The notes: a model not told the origin generated them from the sequence alone. DNA of 64,000 nucleotides from Promethearchaeota archaeon (GCA_019058445.1 JAHPZA010000007.1:20129-84128), one strand, 5' to 3'; shown: positions 1-10,587, counted from the stretch's first letter. Numbers and translations: made by a program.

Positions 1-35
1 TGTAATAGGAGACTTATTAAAAATATAAAATAACG

Positions 36-1403
36 ATGAAAAGAGCAATCGAAGAAGACTTAATTTTAAGAGAAATTGATGAAAGTATACAAGATTACAT
101 TAAGTTTTTGAAATTAATGATAAAAACTGATTCATGCAATCCCCCTGGAGAGGAGGGAAAGATAGCTTCAATAATAAAGAATTATTTAGATGAGCAAGGC
201 ATCAAATGTAATATTTTTCCGTTTAATCAAAGCCGGGCTAATTTATTAGCATATTTAAGTGATAATTTCGATGGCAAAATATTGCTTCTGAACGGACATA
301 TGGATACTGTTCCCTTTTCATCTGAAGATAAATGGAAATACCATCCATTGTCAGGTAAAGTAGAGGATAATAAATATATATACGGAAGGGGTACGGCAGA
401 TATGAAGGCTGGTTTAGCTGCTATGGTTATTACTTTAAAAATTTTAAAAAAATATCGGAAGAAATTCAATGGTAATATTATCTTAAACGCGGTTGCCGAT
501 GAAGAACAGGGAGGTGATTTAGGAACGAAATGGTGTGTTGACAATGTATTAAAAAATATTAAATGTGATTTTGCAATTATAGGAGAATATTCAGGATTCA
601 ATCCATTTCCTAAGTCTGTAATAATTGGTGAAAAAGGAAGAACTCATGTAAAAATTACAACTCACGGGATTTCTTGCCATGCATCTACACCTTTTCTCGG
701 AAAAAATGCTGCATATATGATGACAGATATTATTCAAAATATAGATAAGATCATTAAATATATCCCCGATATAGATCCTCCGTTAACAGAATCTAAGTTA
801 AAAGAATTTATTTCTCAAAGTTACTCAAACCCAGAAGAATTTAATAAAATTTTAAGGGACAATCCTCATCTTAACAATCTATTTACATCTGTGACTCAAT
901 TTTCAAAAGCTTTAACAATATTAAATTGTGGAATTAAAGAGAATATTATTCCCGATAAATGCGAAGCAGTTATAGATTTTAGATTATTACCTGGACAAGA
1001 TTCAAAAATGATTGTTAATGGGCTTGAGAGGTTGATAACTGATTTAGGCTATTTGATCGCCAAGAATAGTACAAAGAAGGGAATCAGTGAATGTGTGGAT
1101 GTAAAAGTTATAAGTGATAATAAAGCTTCTTTTATTCATAAATGGAGATCTTCTACAAATCTCTCCTCATTTTTTAAGATTGTCGAGTTAATTTATAAGA
1201 AAAAACCTTTTCCATTTATAACCCCCGCTACTACTGATGCTGAATTTTTGAGAACAAATGGATTTTGTCCTGAAACCATTATATTCGGTCCTGGAAGTTT
1301 TGAAAACATACATGCAGCTAATGAACATATCGAAATTCAAGACTTTATTAATTGTATTAAAGTTTATTCTTTATTTGCATTCAAATTATTGAGTTCACTT
1401 TAA
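36..1403 (+). CDS. M20 family metallohydrolase (ArgE/DapE-like)
   Basis: NGHMDTVP, GRGTADMKAG, DEEQGG and C-terminal HAANEH metal-ligand motifs. Confidence 0.9.
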   Translation: MKRAIEEDLILREIDESIQDYIKFLKLMIKTDSCNPPGEEGKIASIIKNYLDEQGIKCNIFPFNQSRANLLAYLSDNFDGKILLLNGHMDTVPFSSEDKWKYHPLSGKVEDNKYIYGRGTADMKAGLAAMVITLKILKKYRKKFNGNIILNAVADEEQGGDLGTKWCVDNVLKNIKCDFAIIGEYSGFNPFPKSVIIGEKGRTHVKITTHGISCHASTPFLGKNAAYMMTDIIQNIDKIIKYIPDIDPPLTESKLKEFISQSYSNPEEFNKILRDNPHLNNLFTSVTQFSKALTILNCGIKENIIPDKCEAVIDFRLLPGQDSKMIVNGLERLITDLGYLIAKNSTKKGISECVDVKVISDNKASFIHKWRSSTNLSSFFKIVELIYKKKPFPFITPATTDAEFLRTNGFCPETIIFGPGSFENIHAANEHIEIQDFINCIKVYSLFAFKLLSSL

Positions 1404-1446
1404 ATTTCAAAAATAAAATACTAAATTTAAAGAAAAAAAAATTTAC

Positions 1447-1689
1447 CTATTTTCCAAACAAAGGACCATCATTTAGGTTTTTGAGAAATTTTTCCCGTTC
1501 TTTTTCGGGAGTTCTTAGCCAATCGATTAATCCTCTAAAAAACCATCTACCTTCTTCTTTTTTCGCAAATTCGACAAGAAAATCTTGCTCATTTTGGATT
1601 AAATCTTCTGCAGAATCCCATTTTAACAAACGATTGACTTTCTCTATAGTTTTTTCCAATTCCTTATCAGAAAACTTCATTTTTACCAT
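1447..1689 (-). CDS. hypothetical protein
   Basis: 80-aa ORF with protein-like composition downstream of ftsZ. Confidence 0.65.
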   Translation of the reverse strand: MVKMKFSDKELEKTIEKVNRLLKWDSAEDLIQNEQDFLVEFAKKEEGRWFFRGLIDWLRTPEKEREKFLKNLNDGPLFGK

Positions 1690-1808
1690 TCTTAAAGTAT
1701 GACCTTTAAATAAAATTTTCTCAAATTCGGTTTGAATTTAAGTAGAATACGTATTTTCTATATAGATTAAATTAAAAAAAGGAATATTAAAAGGGCTAAA
1801 ATTTTTAA

Positions 1809-2915
1809 TTATTCAAATGTAATTTCCCCAATATCAAAAATATCATCCCCTAATCCAATCTTTGATTTAGGGATCTTCGACTCATAAGAGAGTGGATCAT
1901 CTGAGGGAGATTTTCCGAAGATTTGGGGTGATGTTATTCCTGTTATTAATAGCATTACTCTTAAATACCCATTAAATTCATCAGAAACTCTTGCGCCCCA
2001 AATTACCATTGAATCATTGATATCCATTTTATCATATATTTTCTGAGCAACTGAGTTAGCCTCGGCAAGGGTCATATCATTTCCTCCGCACACATGAATT
2101 AAGGCCCCTTTCGCACCATCAATAGTAACATCAAGCAAAGGCAAGTTAAGCGCATCGTTGATCGCTTCTTCTACACGATGTTCCTTCCCATTTGATTCTC
2201 CAACTCCAACTATTGCCACCCCTCCTGTACTCAATATTGTTCGCACATCTGCAAAATCTAGATTAATTAATGAGGGTAATGAAATAGTTTCCGTAATACC
2301 CTTTACCATACTAGCTAAAACTTCATCAGCAACACTAAATGCTTCGATAATAGGCAAATTTGGAGCAATTTCTAATAACCGGTTGTTATCTATTACCACT
2401 AAAGTATCCGCATATTGTTTTAAAAGGTTTAATCCCTCTTTCGCCTTTTCAATACGTCCAATTTCTGTATTAAATGGAATTGTCACCACTCCAACGACAA
2501 TTGCACCTTCAAGTTTTGCTATTTCAGCTACGATTGGTGCACTTCCTGTTCCAGTGCCTCCACCTTCACCACAAGTAATAAATACTAAATCGGAGTCTCT
2601 TAATACTTTAGTTAAATCTTCTCTAGATTCTTCTGCTGCAGCTCTCCCAATCTCCGGATTACCCCCTGCTCCTAAACCTCTTGTTAGATTTTTCCCTATT
2701 AAAACTTTTATGTGAGCATCTCTCATATCAAGATGCTGACGATCCGTATTTATCGAAACACATTTGGCACCTCTAATCCCTATTTTCATTAATCTATCAA
2801 CAGTATTATTCCCCGCACCACCACAACCCATAATTTTAATATTAGCATACCCAATTTTATCTTGTCTAGATTGAATGATATTCCTTTTTTTAGCATTTCG
2901 AATAAAAGATTCCAT
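1809..2915 (-). CDS. ftsZ: cell division GTPase FtsZ
   Basis: GCGGAGNN, GLGAGGNP, GGGTGTG tubulin signature, INLDFADV T7 loop. Confidence 0.97.
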   Translation of the reverse strand: MESFIRNAKKRNIIQSRQDKIGYANIKIMGCGGAGNNTVDRLMKIGIRGAKCVSINTDRQHLDMRDAHIKVLIGKNLTRGLGAGGNPEIGRAAAEESREDLTKVLRDSDLVFITCGEGGGTGTGSAPIVAEIAKLEGAIVVGVVTIPFNTEIGRIEKAKEGLNLLKQYADTLVVIDNNRLLEIAPNLPIIEAFSVADEVLASMVKGITETISLPSLINLDFADVRTILSTGGVAIVGVGESNGKEHRVEEAINDALNLPLLDVTIDGAKGALIHVCGGNDMTLAEANSVAQKIYDKMDINDSMVIWGARVSDEFNGYLRVMLLITGITSPQIFGKSPSDDPLSYESKIPKSKIGLGDDIFDIGEITFE

Positions 2916-2981
2916 ATCTTATTTTTCACACTATTTATTTCTTTTAAGGATAAAGAAAAAGATTTTAAAAAAAAATTAGAA

Positions 2982-3016
2982 TTTATATAATATCCAGATG
3001 TTACTTCAGATGATAC
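2982..3016 (-). promoter_or_regulatory. putative ftsZ promoter: TATA box with an adjacent 12-bp tandem direct repeat
   Basis: minus strand reads GTATCATCTGAA-GTAACATCTGGA-TA-TTATATAAA. Confidence 0.4.
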
Positions 3017-3092
3017 AGGGAAAAGTTCTTAGTAATATAATAAATAGAAGTAGAAAATTAAATCAAAGTGGCTAATTGTACAAAATGACCAT

Positions 3093-4313
3093 TTAGTTGA
3101 GAGTAAAATCATGATTTATTGACGGGCTGAAAATTGGGGTAATATCGTGATCCTTAATAAGAAAAATATGAGGTAAAGCATATGGAAAACGATTAGAAAA
3201 TGTAAGAGTATAAGCACCTACATTTGTAACAATAACGACATCTCCTTCTTTTAATTTTTCAGTGAAAAAGTAATCTTTTGCTAAAACATCTTGATCAGAA
3301 GGAATAATCCCAGCTATATTTGTTTTGTATTTATGTACTTTATCAATCTGAGTTGCATTATAAAATCTTAAGGAACATCTGGCAAATTTAGGACAGATAT
3401 GGTTTCCTATATTTAAGAAGATCCATCTGTCATCAATTATATTAATAACTTCAGTAATAAATAATCCCGCATCTCCAACAAAATATCTACCAGGTTCAAA
3501 ATAGATTTTCTCATAATCAATATGGAGATTTTCTAGAGTAGTTTTTAATCCCAAAGCTAACTTCCTTAATTGCTTTTGAGGCATTATGGTTGCCTCAGGA
3601 AATCCTCCTCCCAAGTTTATATTCTTAATGTTAATTCCAATCTGAGTTAGCTTCTTTAAAGCATCTCCAACGGTAATTATATTTTTTTTGAATTGTTCCA
3701 TGTTGTTCATTTGAGTTGTGTAATGAGATAAAATGGATACAATATTGATATGATGCAATTTATTTGTTTTTTCATCCAATCTCAATAATATTTTATCATC
3801 TAGAATAATTCCTAATTTACTAGCATATTTTTGGGAGTTGATCCTTAAACAAATATTCTGGACAATATTTTTTTCTTTTGCAACAGCATTAATCTTATCT
3901 AAGTCATTTAAATTGTAGACAATTATTTCCCTAACCTTATTTTTGACACTTTCTTTTATAAGTTCATATGGTAAATAGGGGCCTCCAACCAAAATTTTGT
4001 TTTCAGGAAAGCCTATTTTTAACGCTAATTTAAGTTCAGGCAATCCAATTATTTCAGCACCGATTTCTTGTGAACATATAATTTTACAAATCTCAGGAAG
4101 AAAATTAGCCTTAAAGGAATAGAATCCCTCGAAATTTTCGAATACTTCTCCAAACACGCTCTTAAATGAATTCACATTATCTCTAATTCTATTTTCTAAA
4201 AAGATCATAATTGGTGTTTTTGAAAGGTTTAAGATCTCATCAATGGGTATTAGATCTAATAAAACTTTTTTGTTATCTCTTTTTATATAAGGATTTCCAG
4301 ACAATATTTTCAT
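3093..4313 (-). CDS. LysA/ornithine decarboxylase family PLP enzyme (divergent)
   Basis: YSFKAN PLP lysine, NLGGGF, EPGR, VGAY; the Cys of the GPxCE motif is absent. Confidence 0.8.
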   Translation of the reverse strand: MKILSGNPYIKRDNKKVLLDLIPIDEILNLSKTPIMIFLENRIRDNVNSFKSVFGEVFENFEGFYSFKANFLPEICKIICSQEIGAEIIGLPELKLALKIGFPENKILVGGPYLPYELIKESVKNKVREIIVYNLNDLDKINAVAKEKNIVQNICLRINSQKYASKLGIILDDKILLRLDEKTNKLHHINIVSILSHYTTQMNNMEQFKKNIITVGDALKKLTQIGINIKNINLGGGFPEATIMPQKQLRKLALGLKTTLENLHIDYEKIYFEPGRYFVGDAGLFITEVINIIDDRWIFLNIGNHICPKFARCSLRFYNATQIDKVHKYKTNIAGIIPSDQDVLAKDYFFTEKLKEGDVVIVTNVGAYTLTFSNRFPYALPHIFLIKDHDITPIFSPSINHDFTLN

Positions 4314-4331
4314 TTTTTCTTCACCAATCTC

Positions 4332-5636
4332 TCATCTAGGGGTGTTTTCTATTAATTCATGATATAGGACATGAGTCTTCTTGGCAACGATCTCCCATGT
4401 ATAATGTTGAGAAACTTTAATTTTGCCAGCTTCACCAAAACGTTTCCTCAATCTCTTTTTCTTCAATAGTGTTATTACTTTTTCAGCGATATCATGGGAA
4501 TTATCATATTCCACTAAATACCCATCAACATTATTATTTATAACTTCGGGCGTCGCGCCAATATTAGCACCAATAACCGGTTTCCCAGCGGCCCATGCCT
4601 CTAAAAAAGCTATTCCAAAAGCATCACTTCTACTTGGCATACAATAGAGATCGGTTTCCTTAAATGCGGCTAACTTTTTTTTATCATAATACCCTGTCAA
4701 ATTATCAGGTGTAAAGTTAATAATCCTAACATTTTTATTTTTTACGATTTTAGATAATTCTCGATTATAAGCTTGAGTTGAGGGTCCTATAAACACAAAA
4801 TAGACCTTTTTTATTTTATCTAGAATTAGTGGGATTGATTTTAATAGAGAAATAGCTCCCTTCTCATAATTCTTATAACCGCAAAATAATACCATTTTAT
4901 AGTTCTTTTCTTTTTTTTTAAAAAATTTCTCTTTAAATGTAGAGGTTAGTGATTTAGGTTTGGTTACAACCTCAAATTTTTCCATATCAACTCCCATTGG
5001 AATAACTTTAACACATCTTTCGTCAATTTTGCAGTGTGTAATTAAAAACTTCTTTTCCAGAAAAGTACATGCAATTAACAAATCAAATTTTCTTAAAACT
5101 TCCATTAAACTTTCATTTAAATATCTAGGATTAGAAAAATGGAAAAAAGGAGTACATACAGTAGGGATTTTATATCGCTTTCCAAGAATTAAAGTGATGA
5201 TAAGATTAAAATAAGGAAAAAAAACAGTATGAACTAAGTTATAATTCTCATTCTTAGAATTTAAACCATAATTAATTAACTCTGGTAAATATGGCCCGTT
5301 ATTTAAAACCAATTTTAGACAATCATCAGACAAAATTAATGCTTCATATTCAGGGATGCTCTTGATATGTGATATTTTTTCTTCTAGAGTAAGTTCACTT
5401 TCAATAGGAAATCTCTGAATTTTTAAATTGTTTACGTTGTCGAAAAATTTATCATTTTCTCCTATTATTTTTCCTTGCCTGCTTCTCAAAGCTTTAAAAT
5501 CAATTGCATTTGATGTATAAACATCGGTATGATAGTTATATTTAGTAGATAATAGTTCTGCAATTCTTTGTATATAAAATTCTGCTCCAGAAATGGAGGG
5601 AAAATATCGCGTTGGAAGGTATAATATTTTTTTCAA
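4332..5636 (-). CDS. GT4 glycosyltransferase
   Basis: P-x-SGAE N-terminus, PSRSDAFGIAFLEAWAAGKPVI motif. Confidence 0.92.
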   Translation of the reverse strand: MKKILYLPTRYFPSISGAEFYIQRIAELLSTKYNYHTDVYTSNAIDFKALRSRQGKIIGENDKFFDNVNNLKIQRFPIESELTLEEKISHIKSIPEYEALILSDDCLKLVLNNGPYLPELINYGLNSKNENYNLVHTVFFPYFNLIITLILGKRYKIPTVCTPFFHFSNPRYLNESLMEVLRKFDLLIACTFLEKKFLITHCKIDERCVKVIPMGVDMEKFEVVTKPKSLTSTFKEKFFKKKEKNYKMVLFCGYKNYEKGAISLLKSIPLILDKIKKVYFVFIGPSTQAYNRELSKIVKNKNVRIINFTPDNLTGYYDKKKLAAFKETDLYCMPSRSDAFGIAFLEAWAAGKPVIGANIGATPEVINNNVDGYLVEYDNSHDIAEKVITLLKKKRLRKRFGEAGKIKVSQHYTWEIVAKKTHVLYHELIENTPR

Positions 5637-5679
5637 ATTAATGATCCTTTTTATATATCTATAATAATATTATAATTGA

Positions 5680-6078
5680 ATGCAATCGTCAAAAGATTTT
5701 TTATCAGAAATATACTTAAAAACAAAAGAAAAAGGAGATATTGATGATGAATTTGTAAATTATTTGGAATCGATATATCCAGACAAATCTTCAGAAATCC
5801 TACAAACATTAAAAAGAGGTATTACCAAGTATGTTTTTAAACCGTCTAATAGAATCATTTGGACCGCAATAGGAGAAAATGATGAATATTTGATTTATCC
5901 AAAAATTTACTGTAGCTGCATAGATTTTTATAATAGAGTGGTAATAAAAAGAAAAAAAGTTGTGTGTAAACACCTGATTGCTCAGGCCATCTCTGATGCC
6001 TTGAATGAGTTTAAAGAACAAGAATTGGATGATAAAAGTTTTACAGAGTTTATTAAGGAGTTAGAACTAAAGGAATAA
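5680..6078 (+). CDS. SWIM zinc-finger protein
   Basis: YCSCIDF...CKH motif. Confidence 0.8.
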   Translation: MQSSKDFLSEIYLKTKEKGDIDDEFVNYLESIYPDKSSEILQTLKRGITKYVFKPSNRIIWTAIGENDEYLIYPKIYCSCIDFYNRVVIKRKKVVCKHLIAQAISDALNEFKEQELDDKSFTEFIKELELKE

Positions 6079-6702
6079 AATTTCTGACCTTTTTATTGAG
6101 GAAATTATAAGATTATTAATATCCATTTTCGTTTCTTCTGCATTGATTTCTTTAAGTTTGGCGTTAGTTTCAGGATATTGAGGATTGAATTGGCAAGATG
6201 CTGATTTTTTTGAGCATATCTCATATAGACCTATATCTCTATTAAGTTGTATCACATCATTTTTGTTAAATCCTATTAAAGGGCGAAGGATAGTTATTTC
6301 TTTAGCTAAATCATTATACGCATATAAATTACTGAGAGTCTGGCTTGCTTGTTCTCCTAATATGTCTCCAGTGACTATTAATGCTGTGTTTTCATTCTTA
6401 GCTATATGTATAGCGATTCTGATCATTAATCTTTTACATAAAATGCATGTTAACTTTCTTTCACAGTCATTTTTAAAGAGTTCCAAATTAGAATCATGGT
6501 CAATCAAATATAATTTAACTTTAGAATGGGTATACATTGACAATTTTTCAATGATCTTTATTATTTTGTTGCGCATTGAATGAAAATTATCATCGGAAGT
6601 TAAAAAAGAGAGAAAAATCGGTTGAAATCCTTTTTTAATCATTAAATATGCTGCAACGGGACTATCTAATCCTCCAGAAAGCAATGAAATGAAGTTGGTC
6701 AA
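6067..6702 (-). CDS. thiI: ThiI-like tRNA sulfurtransferase, catalytic domain only (no THUMP); likely TTG start at 6702
   Basis: SGGLDS PP-loop, CILC, GDILGEQASQT, RPLIG; GAGGA upstream of TTG. Confidence 0.8.
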   Translation of the reverse strand: MTNFISLLSGGLDSPVAAYLMIKKGFQPIFLSFLTSDDNFHSMRNKIIKIIEKLSMYTHSKVKLYLIDHDSNLELFKNDCERKLTCILCKRLMIRIAIHIAKNENTALIVTGDILGEQASQTLSNLYAYNDLAKEITILRPLIGFNKNDVIQLNRDIGLYEICSKKSASCQFNPQYPETNAKLKEINAEETKMDINNLIISSIKRSEILFL

Positions 6703-7298
6703 ATTATAATATCCTCTCTTTCCCATTCTTTCAAAAACGTATTATAATTGTTTATTTCAATCTCTCTTGGAATTTTTATCTTATTTTCCACTTCCAATCT
6801 TCTGATTTCAAATTGGAGATTTTTATTTTTACGGTAAAATTTTTCAGCTTTCGGATATTCGTCTTCAAAAATTATTTTTAGTTTTTCTAAATCAATATTT
6901 TTCAGTTCTTCATAACGTTCTATAACAAAATTACAGAGAGGGTCAATAGAAAGCTCAAACCGAAAAGCATCTATGCGTTTTAAGGCTAAGGGATATGCTT
7001 GACACGCAAGGGGTTTTTCATTGTGGATTATACAGCCAACCTTCTTTTTATAAAAAGGACAACATTGATTTTCATTATCTAAAATAATTCTATAAGTTAA
7101 AACTAAGATCTTCTGATTTAAGATATCTGGAAAAACTAAGTCTTCGATAACATTGAACTTTAAATCATATTTCTCTGCTAACTTTATTAATTCGTTAACT
7201 TCTTCAGGGTATAAAGGGATTCTTTTTTTTCCGAGGCTTCCATGAACCTCAAAACAGCATGTACCACACTTCATACATTTATATTTTATGTTGTTCAT
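6699..7298 (-). CDS. YkgJ-type cysteine-cluster (CxxCxxCC) protein
   Basis: CMKCGTCC, CPF...CIIH..KP..C..YP. Confidence 0.85.
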   Translation of the reverse strand: MNNIKYKCMKCGTCCFEVHGSLGKKRIPLYPEEVNELIKLAEKYDLKFNVIEDLVFPDILNQKILVLTYRIILDNENQCCPFYKKKVGCIIHNEKPLACQAYPLALKRIDAFRFELSIDPLCNFVIERYEELKNIDLEKLKIIFEDEYPKAEKFYRKNKNLQFEIRRLEVENKIKIPREIEINNYNTFLKEWEREDIII

Positions 7299-7517
7299 TA
7301 TTTAAGATATTTTATCTGATTTAATTTGCTTTTTACATTGTTTTTTAGTGATTTTAAGTATTTATATCAAAAATAATTATACTCGATATTATCTAAATAT
7401 ACCTCTTAAAATTAATATTACAATAAATCATCAGTCTATCTAGATAATATTTCATTTTATAGACAGTAAAATCGATTATAATTTAACACAAAACGATTTA
7501 TAAAGTTGTAAAACAAT

Positions 7518-8330
7518 ATGATGGATTCATTTAAAATAATTGAACATCTTAACTTTTCTAAAAACGAGTTGGTTAACCCAATTTGTATAATCGGAATGCC
7601 AGGGATCGCCGATGTTGGAAAGTTTGCATTAGATTCTTTAGTAGGTCAGTTAAAGGCTCAAAATTATATGGATATTATCTTTGATGAGTATCCAGCAGGT
7701 GCCATTGTTGATGACAGTTTATTAGCTGCACCTAAAGCCGAGATTTTAATTTGGAAGGATCCCGAGAACATTAGAGACATCATGTTAATCACTGCCGATG
7801 CTCAAAGTCTTACTCCTAAAGGGATATATAAAATATCTAATTTTCTCACAGAAATCATCGCTCAATGTGACATACAATTGATAATTGCTCTAGGAGCATA
7901 TCCAATTAATAGTCAAAATCTTCAATCTAAAATTCCAAAAATATATGCAACCTCAACAAACCGAGAAATTTTAGAAAAATATTTAACCGAGAATCATTGC
8001 GAGAAAATTTTAAAAGGAGTCATTATTGGTGCAAATGGATTAATTCCAACTTTGGCAAAGGCTCGATTTAATATTGATGGTTTAGTTTTACTTGCGGAAA
8101 CAGATAATATTGCAATGGTAAATGAAGATATTACAGATTTAAAGGCATCTTTATCTCTTTTGGATATGATTAAAAAATCATTTACTTTACCGATTAAGAA
8201 AAAATATTCTTTAGAAAATATCGATGATATTACGAAGAATTTACAGGAAAAAAGAGATAAATTAGAAAAAGATCTCGATACATTTAATATTGTAGATACT
8301 GATGAAAAACGTAAATCTTTATATATTTGA
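7518..8330 (+). CDS. PAC2-family proteasome assembly chaperone
   Basis: GMPGIADVGK, ADAQ, IIALGA, GVIIGANG, LLAET, DxxA motifs. Confidence 0.85.
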   Translation: MMDSFKIIEHLNFSKNELVNPICIIGMPGIADVGKFALDSLVGQLKAQNYMDIIFDEYPAGAIVDDSLLAAPKAEILIWKDPENIRDIMLITADAQSLTPKGIYKISNFLTEIIAQCDIQLIIALGAYPINSQNLQSKIPKIYATSTNREILEKYLTENHCEKILKGVIIGANGLIPTLAKARFNIDGLVLLAETDNIAMVNEDITDLKASLSLLDMIKKSFTLPIKKKYSLENIDDITKNLQEKRDKLEKDLDTFNIVDTDEKRKSLYI

Positions 8331-8429
8331 TATATTAATCTTTTTTTATTTTACTTGTACTAAATTAAATTAGTTTAAATGAGTTTTTCAAAGGTTGTTT
8401 ATAAAATCAGCTTTTTAAAAAAAAACAAA

Positions 8430-8579
8430 TTAACGGACTTTAATCCTTTTAATCACGTCGGGACGCTTCTTATAGAGAATTCTAAAACCGCAATGCGAGC
8501 ATTTGATCCCTGGCAAAGCGCTTAGTTCCTTCTTGCTTACTTCTTTGCCACAGTTTTTACGTGCGCATACGTATTTAAT
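8430..8579 (-). CDS. rpoP: RNA polymerase subunit P (Rpo12), absent from the ORF track; probable ATT start
   Basis: manual translation IKYVCARKNCGKEV...IKCSHCGFRILYKKRPDVIKRIKVR; in-frame TGA three codons upstream of ATT. Confidence 0.92.
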   Translation of the reverse strand: MKYVCARKNCGKEVSKKELSALPGIKCSHCGFRILYKKRPDVIKRIKVR

Positions 8580-8744
8580 TTTTGATCACATCAAAAGATT
8601 TTATTTTATAATATCTTGAATAATTAACAAGAATTAAATTTTTCGCTTTTATTCAAGGTCTTGTTGAAGCAAAAATAATCATTTATCTTTAGGAATCGTT
8701 ATTAAATAAAGGATTGTTTAAAATTTAGAAGATTGATTTGAGAG

Positions 8745-9671
8745 TCATGAAAAGATCTCATTTTGTATCTTTAAGTGGTTGATAAGTTCTTTATAACGAT
8801 TGCGAATAGTGGCCTCAGTTACACCTGCCGCCAAAGAAATTTCTCTTTGTGTCCTACGTTCTCCTTCCTGCATAGCAGCAACATATAAAGCAGCGCCCGC
8901 AAGACCCGTAGGCGCTTTTCCTGCAGTGATACGAAATTTTTTCGCTAATTTTAATATTTCTGCTGCCCTATTTTGGGTACTTCCAGACAGGTTTAATTCT
9001 GCGCAAAATCGAGGTATAAAATTTATGGGAGAAGATACTTTGATGCTTATTCTTAGCTCATTTATAATCAATCTATAACAGCGAGCAATCTTTTTTTTAT
9101 CAACTGAAGCAAATTCAATAAAATCATCGAGCGTTTTAGGAATACTATTTATCCGGCAAGCGGCATATATAGAGGCAATTAGCATTGCTTCAATTGATCT
9201 GCCTCTTATAAGATTTTTATTAGCCATTTTTCGATAAATATGTGCTGAAGATTCTTTTATATCCTTAGATAAATTTAATTGAGAGGCAAATCTATCTAAT
9301 TCATTCATCGCATAAGCTAAGTTTCGATCAATAGACTTATTAGTTCTAGTTCTTACGTGCCATTTTCTTAATCGATATACTTCGGCTTTCATTTTAGGAC
9401 TAATAGATTTTCCAAAAGCATCCTTGTTTTTCCAACCTATCATAGTTGACAATCCTTTATCATGTAATGTGAGAGTTGTAGGGGCTCCGACTCTCACCTT
9501 ATTATTAGCCTCTTCTGCTGAAAATGCCCTCCATTCGGGACCGGAGTCAATGATCTTTTGAGTTAACACCAAACCACAGTCGTTACATATGATTTCGGCT
9601 CGTGAATTATCTAAAATTAAATTATTATTACCACATTCCGGACACAAATTTGTTATATCTTCCGACGTAAT
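8745..9671 (-). CDS. tfb: transcription initiation factor B (possible ATT start at 9671, otherwise TTG at 9647)
   Basis: CPECG/CNDCG zinc ribbon, GPEWRAF, HDKGLST, GVTEATIRNRYKEL. Confidence 0.96.
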   Translation of the reverse strand: MTSEDITNLCPECGNNNLILDNSRAEIICNDCGLVLTQKIIDSGPEWRAFSAEEANNKVRVGAPTTLTLHDKGLSTMIGWKNKDAFGKSISPKMKAEVYRLRKWHVRTRTNKSIDRNLAYAMNELDRFASQLNLSKDIKESSAHIYRKMANKNLIRGRSIEAMLIASIYAACRINSIPKTLDDFIEFASVDKKKIARCYRLIINELRISIKVSSPINFIPRFCAELNLSGSTQNRAAEILKLAKKFRITAGKAPTGLAGAALYVAAMQEGERRTQREISLAAGVTEATIRNRYKELINHLKIQNEIFS

Positions 9672-9991
9672 TTAACCAACCCTTTAAAATATCTTATCTC
9701 TAAGTTCTATAATTTTTTTTACATTTTTAAATGTTTGCGTTTTAACAATTGTTTGGTTAATAATGATATTAATTTTTTTTATTCCGTTTTCTATAAAATT
9801 TTAACTCTTTGATAGAATATTTTTGTCGGCTAATATAAGAAAAATTAAAAATTTTTATTCAACAGGTAGATTTTGAAAATTAAACCGATAAATTGATTTT
9901 TAAAAGCCTAATCTAAAATTCGTTGAATTTTTAAAGATATTAGAAAAGTTAATCGAAATATTTTAATAGGGGGTTTTTTTCATTTTAATTA

Positions 9992-10459
9992 ATGCGACAA
10001 ATTTATAAGTCACATGGAAAACACTGTTATCTCCGTTCTTTTAAGACTTCTTGTCCACGTTGTGGAGATGATGTTTTGTACTGGGAATGTACCCATGGAT
10101 GTAAGGTATTTTTCCAATATCCTCCATATGGGAGATTAATAAGACATATTTGTAAAAGATATGAAGGGAAGAGTCAAGCTTCTGGGAATAAATACCCGGT
10201 AATTGTAAAAAAACCAAAGGGTTTACTAGGAAAAGCCTCGCCTAGTTGTCCCGCTTGTGGAAAAATATTTAAAACAGAAGTGAATTTAAGGGAACATTTA
10301 AAACAACTAAAGAAATCTGATTATTTACATAAACTCTATTTTGGACAAGAGATAGTAATTGAAAATGAGAATGAGGTAAAAAATAAGATCCCAAATGAAA
10401 AAATAAGAATTCATTATAGACCTATTTTTGGGAGAATTAATGTAAAGAAGAAAAACTAA
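9992..10459 (+). CDS. zinc-finger protein (CxxC ribbon plus C2H2-like finger)
   Basis: CPRCG, CTHGC, CPACGKIF....LREH. Confidence 0.7.
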   Translation: MRQIYKSHGKHCYLRSFKTSCPRCGDDVLYWECTHGCKVFFQYPPYGRLIRHICKRYEGKSQASGNKYPVIVKKPKGLLGKASPSCPACGKIFKTEVNLREHLKQLKKSDYLHKLYFGQEIVIENENEVKNKIPNEKIRIHYRPIFGRINVKKKN

Positions 10460-10587
10460 GTGTTTTTAAAACTATTGCTATCCATAAATTTTTATTAAAA
10501 TTTTTATAATTATATTTATAAAAAAGTTTAAATCTAAGATTTTTATTATTATTGATGTATAAAAATCGAAAATAAGGAAATGAAAAA

